From the NCBI GenBank assembly GCA_964449845.1, contig CAYVES010000004.1:1-50068 (forward strand): 50,068 nt of DNA, given 5' to 3'. The notes beneath the pieces were generated by a model, which did no database searches, was not told the DNA's origin, and saw only the letters and a program-made list of their open reading frames with translations. The position numbers and the translations under genes were made by a program. Positions 38,143-46,332 of the stretch are shown here, piece after piece; within the stretch, counting starts at the first letter, position 1, and every line of letters starts with the position of its first letter. This stretch comes from an uncultured Dehalococcoidia bacterium. Lineage in GTDB: Bacteria > Chloroflexota > Dehalococcoidia > SZUA-161.

Positions 38143-38421
38143 GTGAGCAAAATGTCTCTGACGACGGTTCAGGTAGTAGACCGGGCTAAGAAGCAGCTAA
38201 GCGAGCTCATAGAGAGGAAGCCATCAGGTGTGACTGCGGTTCACAAGGATGATGGGGGGTGGCATGTCTCGCTGGAGATGCTGGAGAAGAAGTCTATCCC
38301 CGATGGCATGGATTTGCTTGCCGAGTATGAGGTCGTGCTTGATGATGACGGGAATATACTGAAGTTTGACCGGGGTGACCTGCGCACCCGCAGCGAGGCG
38401 ACAAAACATGAAGAGGAATAG
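38143..38421 (+). CDS. gvpO: Gas vesicle protein GvpO
   Basis: 92 aa: VVDRAKKQLSELIERKPSGVTAVHKDDGGWHVSLEMLEKKSIPDGMDLLAEYEVVLDDDGNILKFDRGDLRTR matches the GvpO pattern (W.V.vE..E...iP...D.la.YEv.lD..G.l..f.R). RBS AAAGGAGG. Confidence 0.8.
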   Translation: MSKMSLTTVQVVDRAKKQLSELIERKPSGVTAVHKDDGGWHVSLEMLEKKSIPDGMDLLAEYEVVLDDDGNILKFDRGDLRTRSEATKHEEE

Positions 38422-38487
38422 GATTCAGCTTCAGCAAGTCATCGGTGCTTGATGCCGAATTCCTGATACATAACTCTGGGAAAGGAG

Positions 38488-38727
38488 TTGACAGAGATGG
38501 CAGAAGAGAAGACGACAGCAGTGACGGGTCCGTTTCACTGCCCTATGTGTCTAGCCACCACCTCGGGGAGGCATGCCTTTTGCCCTGAGTGTGGCGAGCC
38601 CCTGGATATGCAGTGTCCCAACTGCGGACTTACCTGGCGATTCTATATCAAGCATACCTTTTGCCCTTCCTGCGGACAAAGGGTTCCGGCAAAAGCTGGA
38701 CTGACCACAGCTAAAGGCTGGGGCTAG
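38488..38727 (+). CDS. Small double zinc-ribbon protein
   Basis: 79 aa. CPMC...CPEC...CPNC...CPSC gives four CxxC pairs. The start is TTG at 38488 or ATG at 38497. Confidence 0.58.
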   Translation: MTEMAEEKTTAVTGPFHCPMCLATTSGRHAFCPECGEPLDMQCPNCGLTWRFYIKHTFCPSCGQRVPAKAGLTTAKGWG

Positions 38728-38757
38728 AGTCTTTGCCTGGTACAGAGAGGAAGGTGC

Positions 38758-40503
38758 ATGGCTAGAGTCATAGGGATTGATTTGGGTACTACCAACTCGG
38801 TAGCTGCCTTTATAGAGAATCGCAAGCCAAAGGTCATCCCCAATGCCGAGGGTGGTCGGCTGACCCCTTCTGTAGTGGCGTTGACCGCAGATGGGAGGCG
38901 GCTGGTGGGGCAACTGGCAAAGAGGCAGGCCGTAGCCAACCCCGAGAAAACCGTTGTCTCCATGAAGAGGCGAATGGGCTCTGACTTCAGGGTGAGGCTT
39001 GGCCGAAAGGAGTACACGCCTCAAGAGGTCTCAAGCCTTATCTTGGGTAAGATCAAAGCCGATGTCGAAAGCTACCTGGTGGAGAGGGTGGAAAAGGCGG
39101 TGATCACCGTTCCTGCCTATTTCAATGACTCTCAGCGTCAAGCCACCAAAGATGCTGGGACCATCGCTGGGTTGGATGTACTCAGGATTATTAACGAACC
39201 CACGGCCGCTGCCTTGGCCTATGGGTTGGATAAGCAGGACGCCCATAATATCCTGGTCTGGGACCTTGGCGGCGGCACGTTCGATGTCTCCATCCTGGAG
39301 CTGGGCAGGGGAATGTTTGAGGTCAAGGCGGTAAGTGGCAACACCTGGCTGGGGGGGGATGACTGGGACCAGCGTATCGTGGATTATCTGGCTGGCGAGT
39401 TCCAGAGACAGCACGGCATCGACTTGCGAGAAGACAGGATAGCCCTGCAGCGGCTGAGGGAGGCCGTGGAGAAAGCCAAGATCGAGCTTTCAAACAGCCA
39501 GGTTGCCTCCATCAAACTGACGTTTATCCTCAGTAACAACCATGATGCCGAACATCTGGATATGACACTGACCAGGGAAAGGTTCGAGGAGCTAACAGAG
39601 GATTTGCTTCAGAAGATGATTGGGCCCACCAAGCAAGCTTTGGCCGATGCCAAACTCGAGCCTGAAGATATCGATAGGGTAGTTCTGGTAGGCGGAGCTA
39701 CCAGGATGACGGCGGTGCAGCAGCTATGCCGAGCGCTCTTGCGTAAGGAGCCTTACAAGGACATCGATCCCGATGAGGTGGTGGCTATGGGCGCCGCCAT
39801 TCAAGCCGGGATGCTAAGCGGTGAACTGGAAAAGGTAACATTGCTCGATGTTACCCCCCTCTCTCTGGGCATTGAGACCAGGGGCGGGATTTTTGCCAGG
39901 ATTATTGAAAGGAATGCCAAAATTCCTACCTCCACAAGCCAGGTATTTTCCACGGCTTTCGACAACCAGCCTGAGGTGGATATTCATGTGCTGCAGGGAG
40001 AGAGGGAGATGGCTTGTTACAACATGAGCCTGGGCAGATTTCAGCTCACCGATATCCCCCTTGCTCCCCGAGGAGTGCCCCGCGTCGAGGTCGTCTTTAG
40101 TATCGACGTTAACGGCATTCTCCAGGTGTCTGCCACAGACCTATATACCGAAAATGAAGCCAGATTAAGGATTCAGTCCTCCAGGCTATCACCTGAGGAC
40201 ATCGGACGGATGATCGAAGAAGCTAAGGTCTATGCTGAGGAGGACAAGAGGCGGCGCGAAGAGGTAGAGATAGGTATTAGAGCCGACAACCTCATCTATG
40301 CTGCTGAAAAGATGGTGGAGCAGACAGGGGATAGATTGGATGACACCCAGCTTGCGGAAACAGAGGCAAAGGTATTAGCGGTGAAGTCCGCTCTAGCCAG
40401 TGGAGATACTGAGGAGATCAGGTTAAGAACTGAAGACCTACAAGAAGTGGTCCGGGAGTTATACACGGAGAAGGAGGAGCTTACCAGTGCAAGGGCGACT
40501 TGA
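38758..40503 (+). CDS. Hsp70 (DnaK-family) chaperone, compact 581-aa form
   Basis: [72 protein letters not shown] and a full beta-sandwich SBD ([13 protein letters not shown]...[19 protein letters not shown]). The helical lid is short. Confidence 0.95.
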   Translation: MARVIGIDLGTTNSVAAFIENRKPKVIPNAEGGRLTPSVVALTADGRRLVGQLAKRQAVANPEKTVVSMKRRMGSDFRVRLGRKEYTPQEVSSLILGKIKADVESYLVERVEKAVITVPAYFNDSQRQATKDAGTIAGLDVLRIINEPTAAALAYGLDKQDAHNILVWDLGGGTFDVSILELGRGMFEVKAVSGNTWLGGDDWDQRIVDYLAGEFQRQHGIDLREDRIALQRLREAVEKAKIELSNSQVASIKLTFILSNNHDAEHLDMTLTRERFEELTEDLLQKMIGPTKQALADAKLEPEDIDRVVLVGGATRMTAVQQLCRALLRKEPYKDIDPDEVVAMGAAIQAGMLSGELEKVTLLDVTPLSLGIETRGGIFARIIERNAKIPTSTSQVFSTAFDNQPEVDIHVLQGEREMACYNMSLGRFQLTDIPLAPRGVPRVEVVFSIDVNGILQVSATDLYTENEARLRIQSSRLSPEDIGRMIEEAKVYAEEDKRRREEVEIGIRADNLIYAAEKMVEQTGDRLDDTQLAETEAKVLAVKSALASGDTEEIRLRTEDLQEVVRELYTEKEELTSARAT

Positions 40504-40758
40504 GGAGCTGAAGAAGCCGTATGTTTAGACTCAAACAATGCCGGAACAATGTAGCGGAGCACCAGCGTCTCCTGATGTAGTGCAGAGGATCCCTGTGGCT
40601 GAACAGAGGGTACCAGACCCAAGAGCTTCTAACGATCGTCAAAGGCCATCGATGCCAACGGCGCCGTTCTCAAGTGTACCCCGAGAGAAGAAGCGTTTAA
40701 AGATATAGCCAGTCTCACCCAGTCCTTTGGGGGAATTGGATCAGAAACGCCAAGAGTA

Positions 40759-40787
40759 TTGACATGTGTTTAATCATCTGTTATAAT
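40759..40787 (+). promoter_or_regulatory. Consensus sigma70-type promoter upstream of the HTH-Hsp20 gene
   Basis: TTGACA (40759-40764), a 17-nt spacer, then TATAAT (40782-40787). It lies 18 nt upstream of the ATG at 40805, so the leader is very short or absent. Confidence 0.62.
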
Positions 40788-40804
40788 GTCTGTGCAGGTG
40801 AGGG

Positions 40805-41500
40805 ATGGAGAATAGACGTATCAGGGGATTGCGATTAGAGCTTGGTCTGTCTCAGGAGAGGTTTGCTCGGCTCGTTGGCGTCTCACTGCAAACGGTGCGA
40901 CGGTGGGAGGAAGGCTTAACCAGACCTCTGCCTGTCTTGAGTCTCAAGCTGGAGGAGCTACAAAGAAATTCCGGAGGTGTTGGAATGGGTGAGGAGGAAA
41001 AGAAGAAAGTGGAAGGAACTGTGGATATTGGTTTCGGTGGCCTGTTCAAGGGACTCGGCAGCCTGTTTGACCTCGTCTCCAGGATGGCTGAGGAGGGGAA
41101 AGATGAATATACCCGCACCGGGGAGATTACGGGCCTGGGCGACAAGGCTAAGGGAGTATATGGCTTTAGCGTAAAGATGGGGCTGGGAGGAAAGCCGACT
41201 ATAGAACAGTTCGGCAATATCAAGGCAACCGAGAGGGGGCCGGTGGTGGCGGAGGTCAGGGAGCCTATAGTTGATGTCTTCGATGAGGGGGAGAGATTGG
41301 TAGTGATCGCTGAACTTCCTGGTGTGGACGAGGACGACATCCACCTTGAGGTGAAAGATGACATTATCGATCTGGCTGCGGAAGCAAAGGACAGGAAGTA
41401 CAGTAAGGAGATTCTACTTCCCTCGGCAGTGGATGCCGATTCTATGCAATCTACCTACAAGAACGGGATTCTGGAGATAACGTTCAAGAAGAAGCAATAA
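40805..41500 (+). CDS. XRE-type HTH domain fused to an alpha-crystallin (Hsp20) domain
   Basis: N-terminal IRGLRLELGLSQERFARLVGVSLQTVRRWEEG is an HTH_3 pattern. C-terminal PIVDVFDEGERLVVIAELPGVDEDDIHLEVKDDIIDLAAEAKDRKYSKEILLPSAVDADSMQSTYKNGILEITFKK is an ACD. Confidence 0.83.
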   Translation: MENRRIRGLRLELGLSQERFARLVGVSLQTVRRWEEGLTRPLPVLSLKLEELQRNSGGVGMGEEEKKKVEGTVDIGFGGLFKGLGSLFDLVSRMAEEGKDEYTRTGEITGLGDKAKGVYGFSVKMGLGGKPTIEQFGNIKATERGPVVAEVREPIVDVFDEGERLVVIAELPGVDEDDIHLEVKDDIIDLAAEAKDRKYSKEILLPSAVDADSMQSTYKNGILEITFKKKQ

Positions 41501-41517
41501 ACCCTTCACTGGGGGGA

Positions 41518-41640
41518 AGCGTTCAGCCGCTAGCTATCAATTCGTAGGGTGGGTGCAGCAGGGCGGAACCCACCAACCAGCGTTCAGCCGTCAGCTCTGG
41601 AAGGTGGGTTGCGTTTCGCTCCACCCACTTTACTATGCTG
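41518..41640 (+). repeat. Two tandem 61-nt units, each ending in a GGTGGGT...ACCCAC(C) hairpin (REP-like)
   Basis: agcgttcagccgctagct...GGTGGGTgcagcagggcggaACCCACC and agcgttcagccgtcagct...GGTGGGTtgcgtttcgctccACCCAC. An inverted gctgaac follows at 41651. Confidence 0.75.
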
Positions 41641-41682
41641 AGTGCTGATCGCTGAACACCTGCGAATCAGGAGGCAACAAAG

Positions 41683-43827
41683 ATGGCGAAGGTGGAAACT
41701 AACGCCGTAACCCTTAGGGTTTCGGAGGCGCTGGCTAAGGACGTGGGTCGAGGAATAGCCAGGATCGACCCTAAAGATATGGTGGAGACAGGCGCTGAGG
41801 TTGGAGATATCGTTCAGATTGTGGGTAAGAGACCCACTGTTGCCAGACTTATGCCCACCTACATGGAGGACCGGGGCAAGGACAGCATTCAAATCGATGG
41901 CATTACGCGAGAGAACGCCCAGATTGGACTGGGTGAGAAGGTACAAATTCAAAAGGTTGAACACAAGACCGCCAATGCCATAGTCCTCGCCCCAATAGCC
42001 CCATCATCTGCCTTCGCTCGCGAAAAGGATACCGGCTACATCGGGAGGCTGCTTGAGGGAATGGCTGCCACCTCTGGAGACAAGGTAAGGGTCACCCTTT
42101 TTGGCACTCGCTATCAGGAATTCTCTGTGGTGGATACCAACCCCAAGGGAGTCGTTGTTGTCCATCCCACCACCCGGGTAAAGATGAAAGGTGAAAGGGT
42201 TACCGAGAGAGAAGGGGTTGGAGTTACCTACGAGGACATCGGTGGATTGCACAAGGAGATTCAGAAGATAAGAGAGATGATCGAGCTTCCCCTGAAATAC
42301 CCTGAGGTGTTTGACAGGCTGGGGATTGAAGCCCCCAAGGGGGTATTGCTCCATGGCCCTCCGGGATGCGGCAAGACTCTGATCGCCCGAGCGGTAGCCA
42401 ATGAGACCGACGCTGGCTTTTTCCATGTAAGTGGTCCCGAGGTCATCCATAAGTTTTATGGAGAGAGTGAAGCACACCTGCGGGCTTTGTTTGAGAAGGC
42501 AGGTGAACAGGCGCCGGCCATAATCTTTTTGGATGAGATTGACGCTATAGCCTCCAAAAGGGAGGAAATCAGGGGCGACCAGCAGGTGGAAAGAAGGGTT
42601 GTTGCCCAGCTTCTGGCGTTGATGGATGGCCTGAGATCAAGGGGGCAGGTGATCGTCATCGGGGCAACCAATATACCCAATGTGCTTGACCCGGCACTGC
42701 GGAGACCGGGCAGGTTTGATCGGGAGATTTCAATAAGCATCCCCGACAAGAAGGGAAGGCTGGAGATACTCCACATCCATACTAGAGGAATGCCTTTGGC
42801 TTCGGATGTCGACCTGGAAAAGCTGGCTGAAATCACCCATGGCTTTGTTGGTGCCGACCTGGAGGCGCTCTCTAGAGAGGCGGCGATGATAACCCTGAGG
42901 AAGATCATGCCCAAGATCGAGTTTGAGACCGACTATATTCCCTATGAACTGCTCCTGGAACTGGAAGTTACCATGGATGACTTCATGGAGGCATTAAAGG
43001 AGGTGGAGCCTTCAGCCATCAGGGAGGTTTTCACTGAGATTCCCGATGTAAAGTGGAGCGATGTCGGTGGTCTTGAGGAGGCGAAACGAGTGCTCAGGGA
43101 GACCATCGAGTGGCCCCTCAGCTATCCCGAGGTATTCGGCAAAGCCAATACCAGTCCTCCCAAGGGGATACTGCTTACCGGAGCCCCAGGGACGGGTAAG
43201 ACGCTGCTGGCTAAGGCTGTGGCTAACGAGAGTGGAGTGAACTTCATCTCGGTAAAGGGCCCGGCCTTGCTCACAAAATGGGTGGGGGAGTCGGAGAAAG
43301 GGATCAGGGAGGTGTTCAAGAAAGCCAAACAGGCCAGCCCCTGCATCATGTTCTTCGATGAGATAGACGCCATCGCCCCCACCAGAGGGGTTAGTGCTGA
43401 TTCCCACGTCACTGAGCGAGTGATCAGCCAGTTCCTCACTGAACTCGATGGAATAGAGGAGCTTAAGGGGGTGATGGTTCTGGCTGCTACCAACAGGCCG
43501 GATATTATCGACCCAGCTCTGCTTAGAGCTGGCAGATTCGACTTCCAGTTGGAGCTGCCAATGCCTGATGAGGAGACAAGGCTGGAGATATTCAAGGTTC
43601 ATACCAGGGGCAAACCCCTGGCTGACGATGTTGACCTCAAGTCCCTCGCCAAGGCAACTCAAGGCGTGGCAGGCTCTGATATAGAGGCTATCTCAAGGAG
43701 AGCTTCGATGCTGGCGATAAGGGAATTCATAAACCGGGAGGAAATGGACCTCGACAAACTCAAGATCGAGGCCCGGCATTTCAGGGAGGCACTTGAGACA
43801 ACAAGGATGGCCAAAGACCAGCGATGA
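41683..43827 (+). CDS. Cdc48/VCP-like double-ring AAA+ ATPase (N domain + D1 + D2)
   Basis: 714 aa. N-terminal [23 protein letters not shown]...GDIVQIVG is a Cdc48-N pattern. Two Walker A motifs ([22 protein letters not shown]), two Walker B motifs ([20 protein letters not shown]) and two second-region-of-homology blocks ([26 protein letters not shown]). Confidence 0.93.
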   Translation: MAKVETNAVTLRVSEALAKDVGRGIARIDPKDMVETGAEVGDIVQIVGKRPTVARLMPTYMEDRGKDSIQIDGITRENAQIGLGEKVQIQKVEHKTANAIVLAPIAPSSAFAREKDTGYIGRLLEGMAATSGDKVRVTLFGTRYQEFSVVDTNPKGVVVVHPTTRVKMKGERVTEREGVGVTYEDIGGLHKEIQKIREMIELPLKYPEVFDRLGIEAPKGVLLHGPPGCGKTLIARAVANETDAGFFHVSGPEVIHKFYGESEAHLRALFEKAGEQAPAIIFLDEIDAIASKREEIRGDQQVERRVVAQLLALMDGLRSRGQVIVIGATNIPNVLDPALRRPGRFDREISISIPDKKGRLEILHIHTRGMPLASDVDLEKLAEITHGFVGADLEALSREAAMITLRKIMPKIEFETDYIPYELLLELEVTMDDFMEALKEVEPSAIREVFTEIPDVKWSDVGGLEEAKRVLRETIEWPLSYPEVFGKANTSPPKGILLTGAPGTGKTLLAKAVANESGVNFISVKGPALLTKWVGESEKGIREVFKKAKQASPCIMFFDEIDAIAPTRGVSADSHVTERVISQFLTELDGIEELKGVMVLAATNRPDIIDPALLRAGRFDFQLELPMPDEETRLEIFKVHTRGKPLADDVDLKSLAKATQGVAGSDIEAISRRASMLAIREFINREEMDLDKLKIEARHFREALETTRMAKDQR

Positions 43828-44504
43828 GAAAACTCCTTTATGTCCCTATTATCCACACGGAGTCTGAACTGGGAAGCGTAGCTTCCGCTATCGAGAGCAG
43901 AAGCGCCGCTCTGGTTGGAGAGGAGAAATGGGCCAGACACAAGGAAGTAGTGGCAAAGTTCTGGGAGAACCTGGCTCACCACTTCGATTCTCTTGATGCT
44001 GCCAATCTCAAGATATATCAAGATGGTCTCCTCGCAGATGGCGAACTGGGCAGGAGGGTCGTCGAGGAGGCAGCAAAACGCGGCAGCAGGAATCACCAAA
44101 TCATCCTCAACCTTGTGGAGAAGGGCGCTGAGCTTATGAAGACCGAGGATACAGATCTCATCAAGGAGGAGTATAAACATATTATCCAGCTTGCTCAGTC
44201 CAAATCGGTTGTTGGGAAAAGCGTTGCCTTCACCAAGTATAAACTGCGCAAAGGTTCGCTGCTGAAGGAAAGGGATAAATTTGTAGCTGAAACGATCGAT
44301 CAAACGCTGAAGGAAGAGGAGACTGGCGTTCTCTTTATGGGGAGTCATCATGATGTTCTCCCTTATCTCCCGGAAGACATTGTAGTAGAGCAGGTCAAGG
44401 ACAGGGAAAGGATTAACCTTTACTTCAAGTATCTTATTTCAAGGATAAGTAGGAGAAGATTTGAGCAGTTGGCAGAATACGTTGCCTCCCTAACACAAAC
44501 CTAA
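43824..44504 (+). CDS. Hypothetical protein, start overlapping the stop of the Cdc48-like ATPase
   Basis: 226 aa with an ATGA overlap to the upstream stop. No recognisable domain. Confidence 0.6.
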   Translation: MRKLLYVPIIHTESELGSVASAIESRSAALVGEEKWARHKEVVAKFWENLAHHFDSLDAANLKIYQDGLLADGELGRRVVEEAAKRGSRNHQIILNLVEKGAELMKTEDTDLIKEEYKHIIQLAQSKSVVGKSVAFTKYKLRKGSLLKERDKFVAETIDQTLKEEETGVLFMGSHHDVLPYLPEDIVVEQVKDRERINLYFKYLISRISRRRFEQLAEYVASLTQT

Positions 44505-44624
44505 GAACGGTGCCAGTTTCCAACTGAACAGTAGTCCATACTGTTAGATCTCTAACAGAGAGGCTGGGTACCTTCGGCAAACACAGCTCTTTGATAAACC
44601 CGAAAGCTATGATTGATACTTGCT

Positions 44625-44774
44625 CTACCCCTTCCCTATTCGGAAAACATTGGTGCCACAATTCGGGCACTCACCTTGGGTTGCTGGCTTCTTGTTCTTC
44701 ATGGTGATCTGTTTCGGGTTCTTGATCTCCACCTTTTTCCTGCACTTCATACAGAGTGTCGAGGTAGATGGCAT
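44625..44774 (-). CDS. Small zinc-ribbon protein (DUF5679-like)
   Basis: Reverse-strand 49-aa ORF: MPSTSTLCMKCRKKVEIKNPKQITMKNKKPATQGECPNCGTNVFRIGKG. I recall the C.KC+K...K.....TMKN..PA..G.CP.CGT..FRIGK pattern for this family of ~50-aa proteins. It is below the ORF-track cut-off, and the RBS spacing is poor. Confidence 0.55.
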   Translation of the reverse strand: MPSTSTLCMKCRKKVEIKNPKQITMKNKKPATQGECPNCGTNVFRIGKG

Positions 44775-44934
44775 TCACCTAGCGATCAACTACACGATAC
44801 CACTGGTGGCGGGCCCATACGAGGGAGAATTAACCGAGGCAGCGGCAGTTCTGCCTATCATACAGAATGGCTCACCATTGTGGACGAAAGGTAAAACCAA
44901 GACGTTCGAGAAGACGTTTGCCCTGGTTTACTGA
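44761..44934 (+). pseudogene. Second, shorter 3' remnant (~57 codons) of a large serine recombinase gene
   Basis: Encodes VEVDGIHLAINYTIPLVAGPYEGELTEAAAVLPIIQNGSPLWTKGKTKTFEKTFALVY*, paralleling LPEVAIDYTIPLPLEDGLTSTSEVLRINKNGSPNRTKGKTFEKTFALAY* at 12521-12664. Confidence 0.6.
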
Positions 44935-45058
44935 CGAAAGGGACTCGCCTTAGGTTAGCTTAACACGAAGATATCAAGAGCTTTTAGGCTAGTGTTTGCC
45001 CTCTTGCCGATTGTCCAACAACATACTATATCGTTGAGCCAATTGCACCAAATGGACT
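44761..45058 (+). repeat. Right copy of the recombinase-end direct repeat
   Basis: See 12521-12788. Homology ends at ...ccaaatggac in both copies. Confidence 0.8.
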
Positions 45059-45063
45059 ACTGT

Positions 45064-45245
45064 TCAGTCATGGGCAGAGATGACCCCTTCCCGCTCGAAA
45101 AGGGGGATACGCACAGCCAGACAATACTTGAATAGCAAGGGGCTCCAGAAGGACTTTTGTAGTGTGGGGAGGATATGATGGGCAGCACGTGCCACTGACT
45201 TAGCTCAGCGATCGTTTTTTCTCGTGCCTTCTCTGGTGTCATTTA
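45064..45245 (+). pseudogene. Possible decayed 3' fragment of an alpha/beta-hydrolase gene
   Basis: The frame reads ...SVMGRDDPFPLEKGDTHSQTILE*QGAPEGLL*CGEDMMG..., resembling the xVIxGxxDxxxPxxxxxxLAxxIPGAxLxVxxxxGH region. It carries in-frame stops. Weak evidence. Confidence 0.3.
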
Positions 45246-45443
45246 GCAACTGATGAGTGCACAGAAGCAAAGCCGCTTTGGAAGGGGCCGGAGATAACCG
45301 CCAGCCCCAGAGGCCGCCCAAGCCGGGGCGGCATGGGGTTGAAAAGCGCCTCCCTAAGGCTCTCCTCTCTTCTTCTCGCCTAGCCCAGCATAAATGCTCC
45401 CTTCAATTAGGCATATTGGCCTTGCTTTCTACTGTTCAGCGCA

Positions 45444-45518
45444 GGCACAAATGCTCCCATCATGGATCATTGAACAGGTGTTTTTGGCGACCAAGAACAG
45501 GCATTACGGCGGAAGTCA
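45444..45518 (+). promoter_or_regulatory. Conserved ~75-nt upstream element, copy 1
   Basis: GGCACAAATGCT, about 40 nt, then AACAGGCATTACGGCGGAAGTCA. The same two blocks with the same spacing recur at 46259-46332. Confidence 0.4.
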
Positions 45519-45592
45519 ATATTGCCAGCAGCGTGCTAAGCTGATAGTGGACGGGGGGAAACCCCGAGATCAACCGAAAGGAGGCACAAAAG

Positions 45593-45778
45593 ATGGAGTG
45601 GCAAGTAGTTCTAGCGCTGGTGTTGGGAATACCCGCAGTACTCCTCCCGGTGGCGTTCGTGTGGTACCTGAACATCAGCGGCCTGTATCAGGTCGTTCGT
45701 GATGCACGCCAACGGCAAAAAAGGCGAATCGCTCATGAGAGCAGAGCAGCAGCCGAGAAGCAGACCGCTCTGACATAG
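45593..45778 (+). CDS. Small single-TM protein (paralog 1)
   Basis: 61 aa: MEWQVVLALVLGIPAVLLPVAFVWYLNISGLYQVVRDARQRQKRR... RBS GAAAGGAGG. Confidence 0.6.
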   Translation: MEWQVVLALVLGIPAVLLPVAFVWYLNISGLYQVVRDARQRQKRRIAHESRAAAEKQTALT

Positions 45779-45824
45779 AGTGACCCAGCGAAAAAGAACA
45801 AGATAAGAAGAAAGGAGGTGCGAG

Positions 45825-45989
45825 ATGGAGTGGCAAGTAGTTCTGGTCCTGGTGTTGGGACTACCAGTCATCCTCTTCCCGGCGGCATATGTATGGTATC
45901 TGAACGTCGGAGGCATTTATGCAGCCGTTAGAGAAAAGAGGAAGGCTGCCCGTGGGGTGGCGGTGGAGAAGCACGCTATTGCAAGGTAG
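45825..45989 (+). CDS. Small single-TM protein (paralog 2)
   Basis: 54 aa: MEWQVVLVLVLGLPVILFPAAYVWYLNVGGIYAAVREKRKAARGVAVEKHAIAR. RBS GAAAGGAGG. Below the ORF-track cut-off. Confidence 0.55.
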   Translation: MEWQVVLVLVLGLPVILFPAAYVWYLNVGGIYAAVREKRKAARGVAVEKHAIAR

Positions 45990-46058
45990 GCGATGTAGAG
46001 ACGGGCAGCTAAGGGAAGGAGGAAGTGAAATAGGAGTAGCAGGTACGATTGACGGATA

Positions 46059-46112
46059 GGAAAGCCTTGTTCCGCTGTCATCAAGGTTGAAGCAGGTCAA
46101 GGCTTTCCTTTT
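46059..46112 (+). terminator. Intrinsic-terminator-like hairpin plus T-tract
   Basis: GGAAAGCCTTG-n28-CAAGGCTTTCC-TTTT. The loop contains a second CAAGG, which could pair alternatively with the 5' CCTTG. Confidence 0.6.
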
Positions 46113-46258
46113 GAGTTACATCGCCGCATAGCACCCGAGCTACTGATGCCCACCCAATGATATCGCTCCCTGAGTCCCTAGGACAAGGCACCCAGCCTGG
46201 CCCGCTGTTTCTCGGCGTCACTATCTTACAGCACCCCATTTCTCAACCCCTTCCGCAT

Positions 46259-46332
46259 TGGCACAAATGCTTAGCGATGGCTAACCCTATACGAGTTTTC
46301 GGCAAGTAGAAACAGGCATTACGGCGGAAGTC
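46259..46332 (+). promoter_or_regulatory. Conserved ~75-nt upstream element, copy 2
   Basis: GGCACAAATGCT, about 39 nt, then AACAGGCATTACGGCGGAAGTCA. It lies about 100 nt upstream of the histidine kinase start. Confidence 0.4.

Larger units (their letters stand above)
12233..45058. mobile_element. Putative degraded integrative island(s), ~32.8 kb, bounded by recombinase-end direct repeats
   Basis: There are direct repeats at both ends and truncated recombinase genes. Decayed alpha/beta-hydrolase fragments lie just outside each end, and an internal 41-bp repeat subdivides the region. No intact recombinase is present. Confidence 0.45.

Noticed and set aside
44620-44760. N-terminal part of the + strand ORF 44620-44934 (MLYPFPIRKTLVPQFGHSPW...).
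   Set aside because: Similarity to the recombinase C-terminus begins only at about 44761. The upstream part is the antisense of the small zinc-ribbon gene on the minus strand.
45057-45544. ORFs 45057-45242 (-), 45257-45544 (+) and 45394-45702 (+).
   Set aside because: These have no RBS and low-complexity or Arg/Ser-rich translations. They overlap the decayed hydrolase fragment or the conserved upstream element and the start of the small TM gene.
46256-46275. Sigma54-like TGGCAC motif (cattGGCACaaatGCTtagc) in the conserved upstream element.
   Set aside because: The GG-to-GC spacing does not fit TGGCAC-N5-TTGC. The first copy reads AGGCAC, and no bEBP-type activator is encoded nearby.
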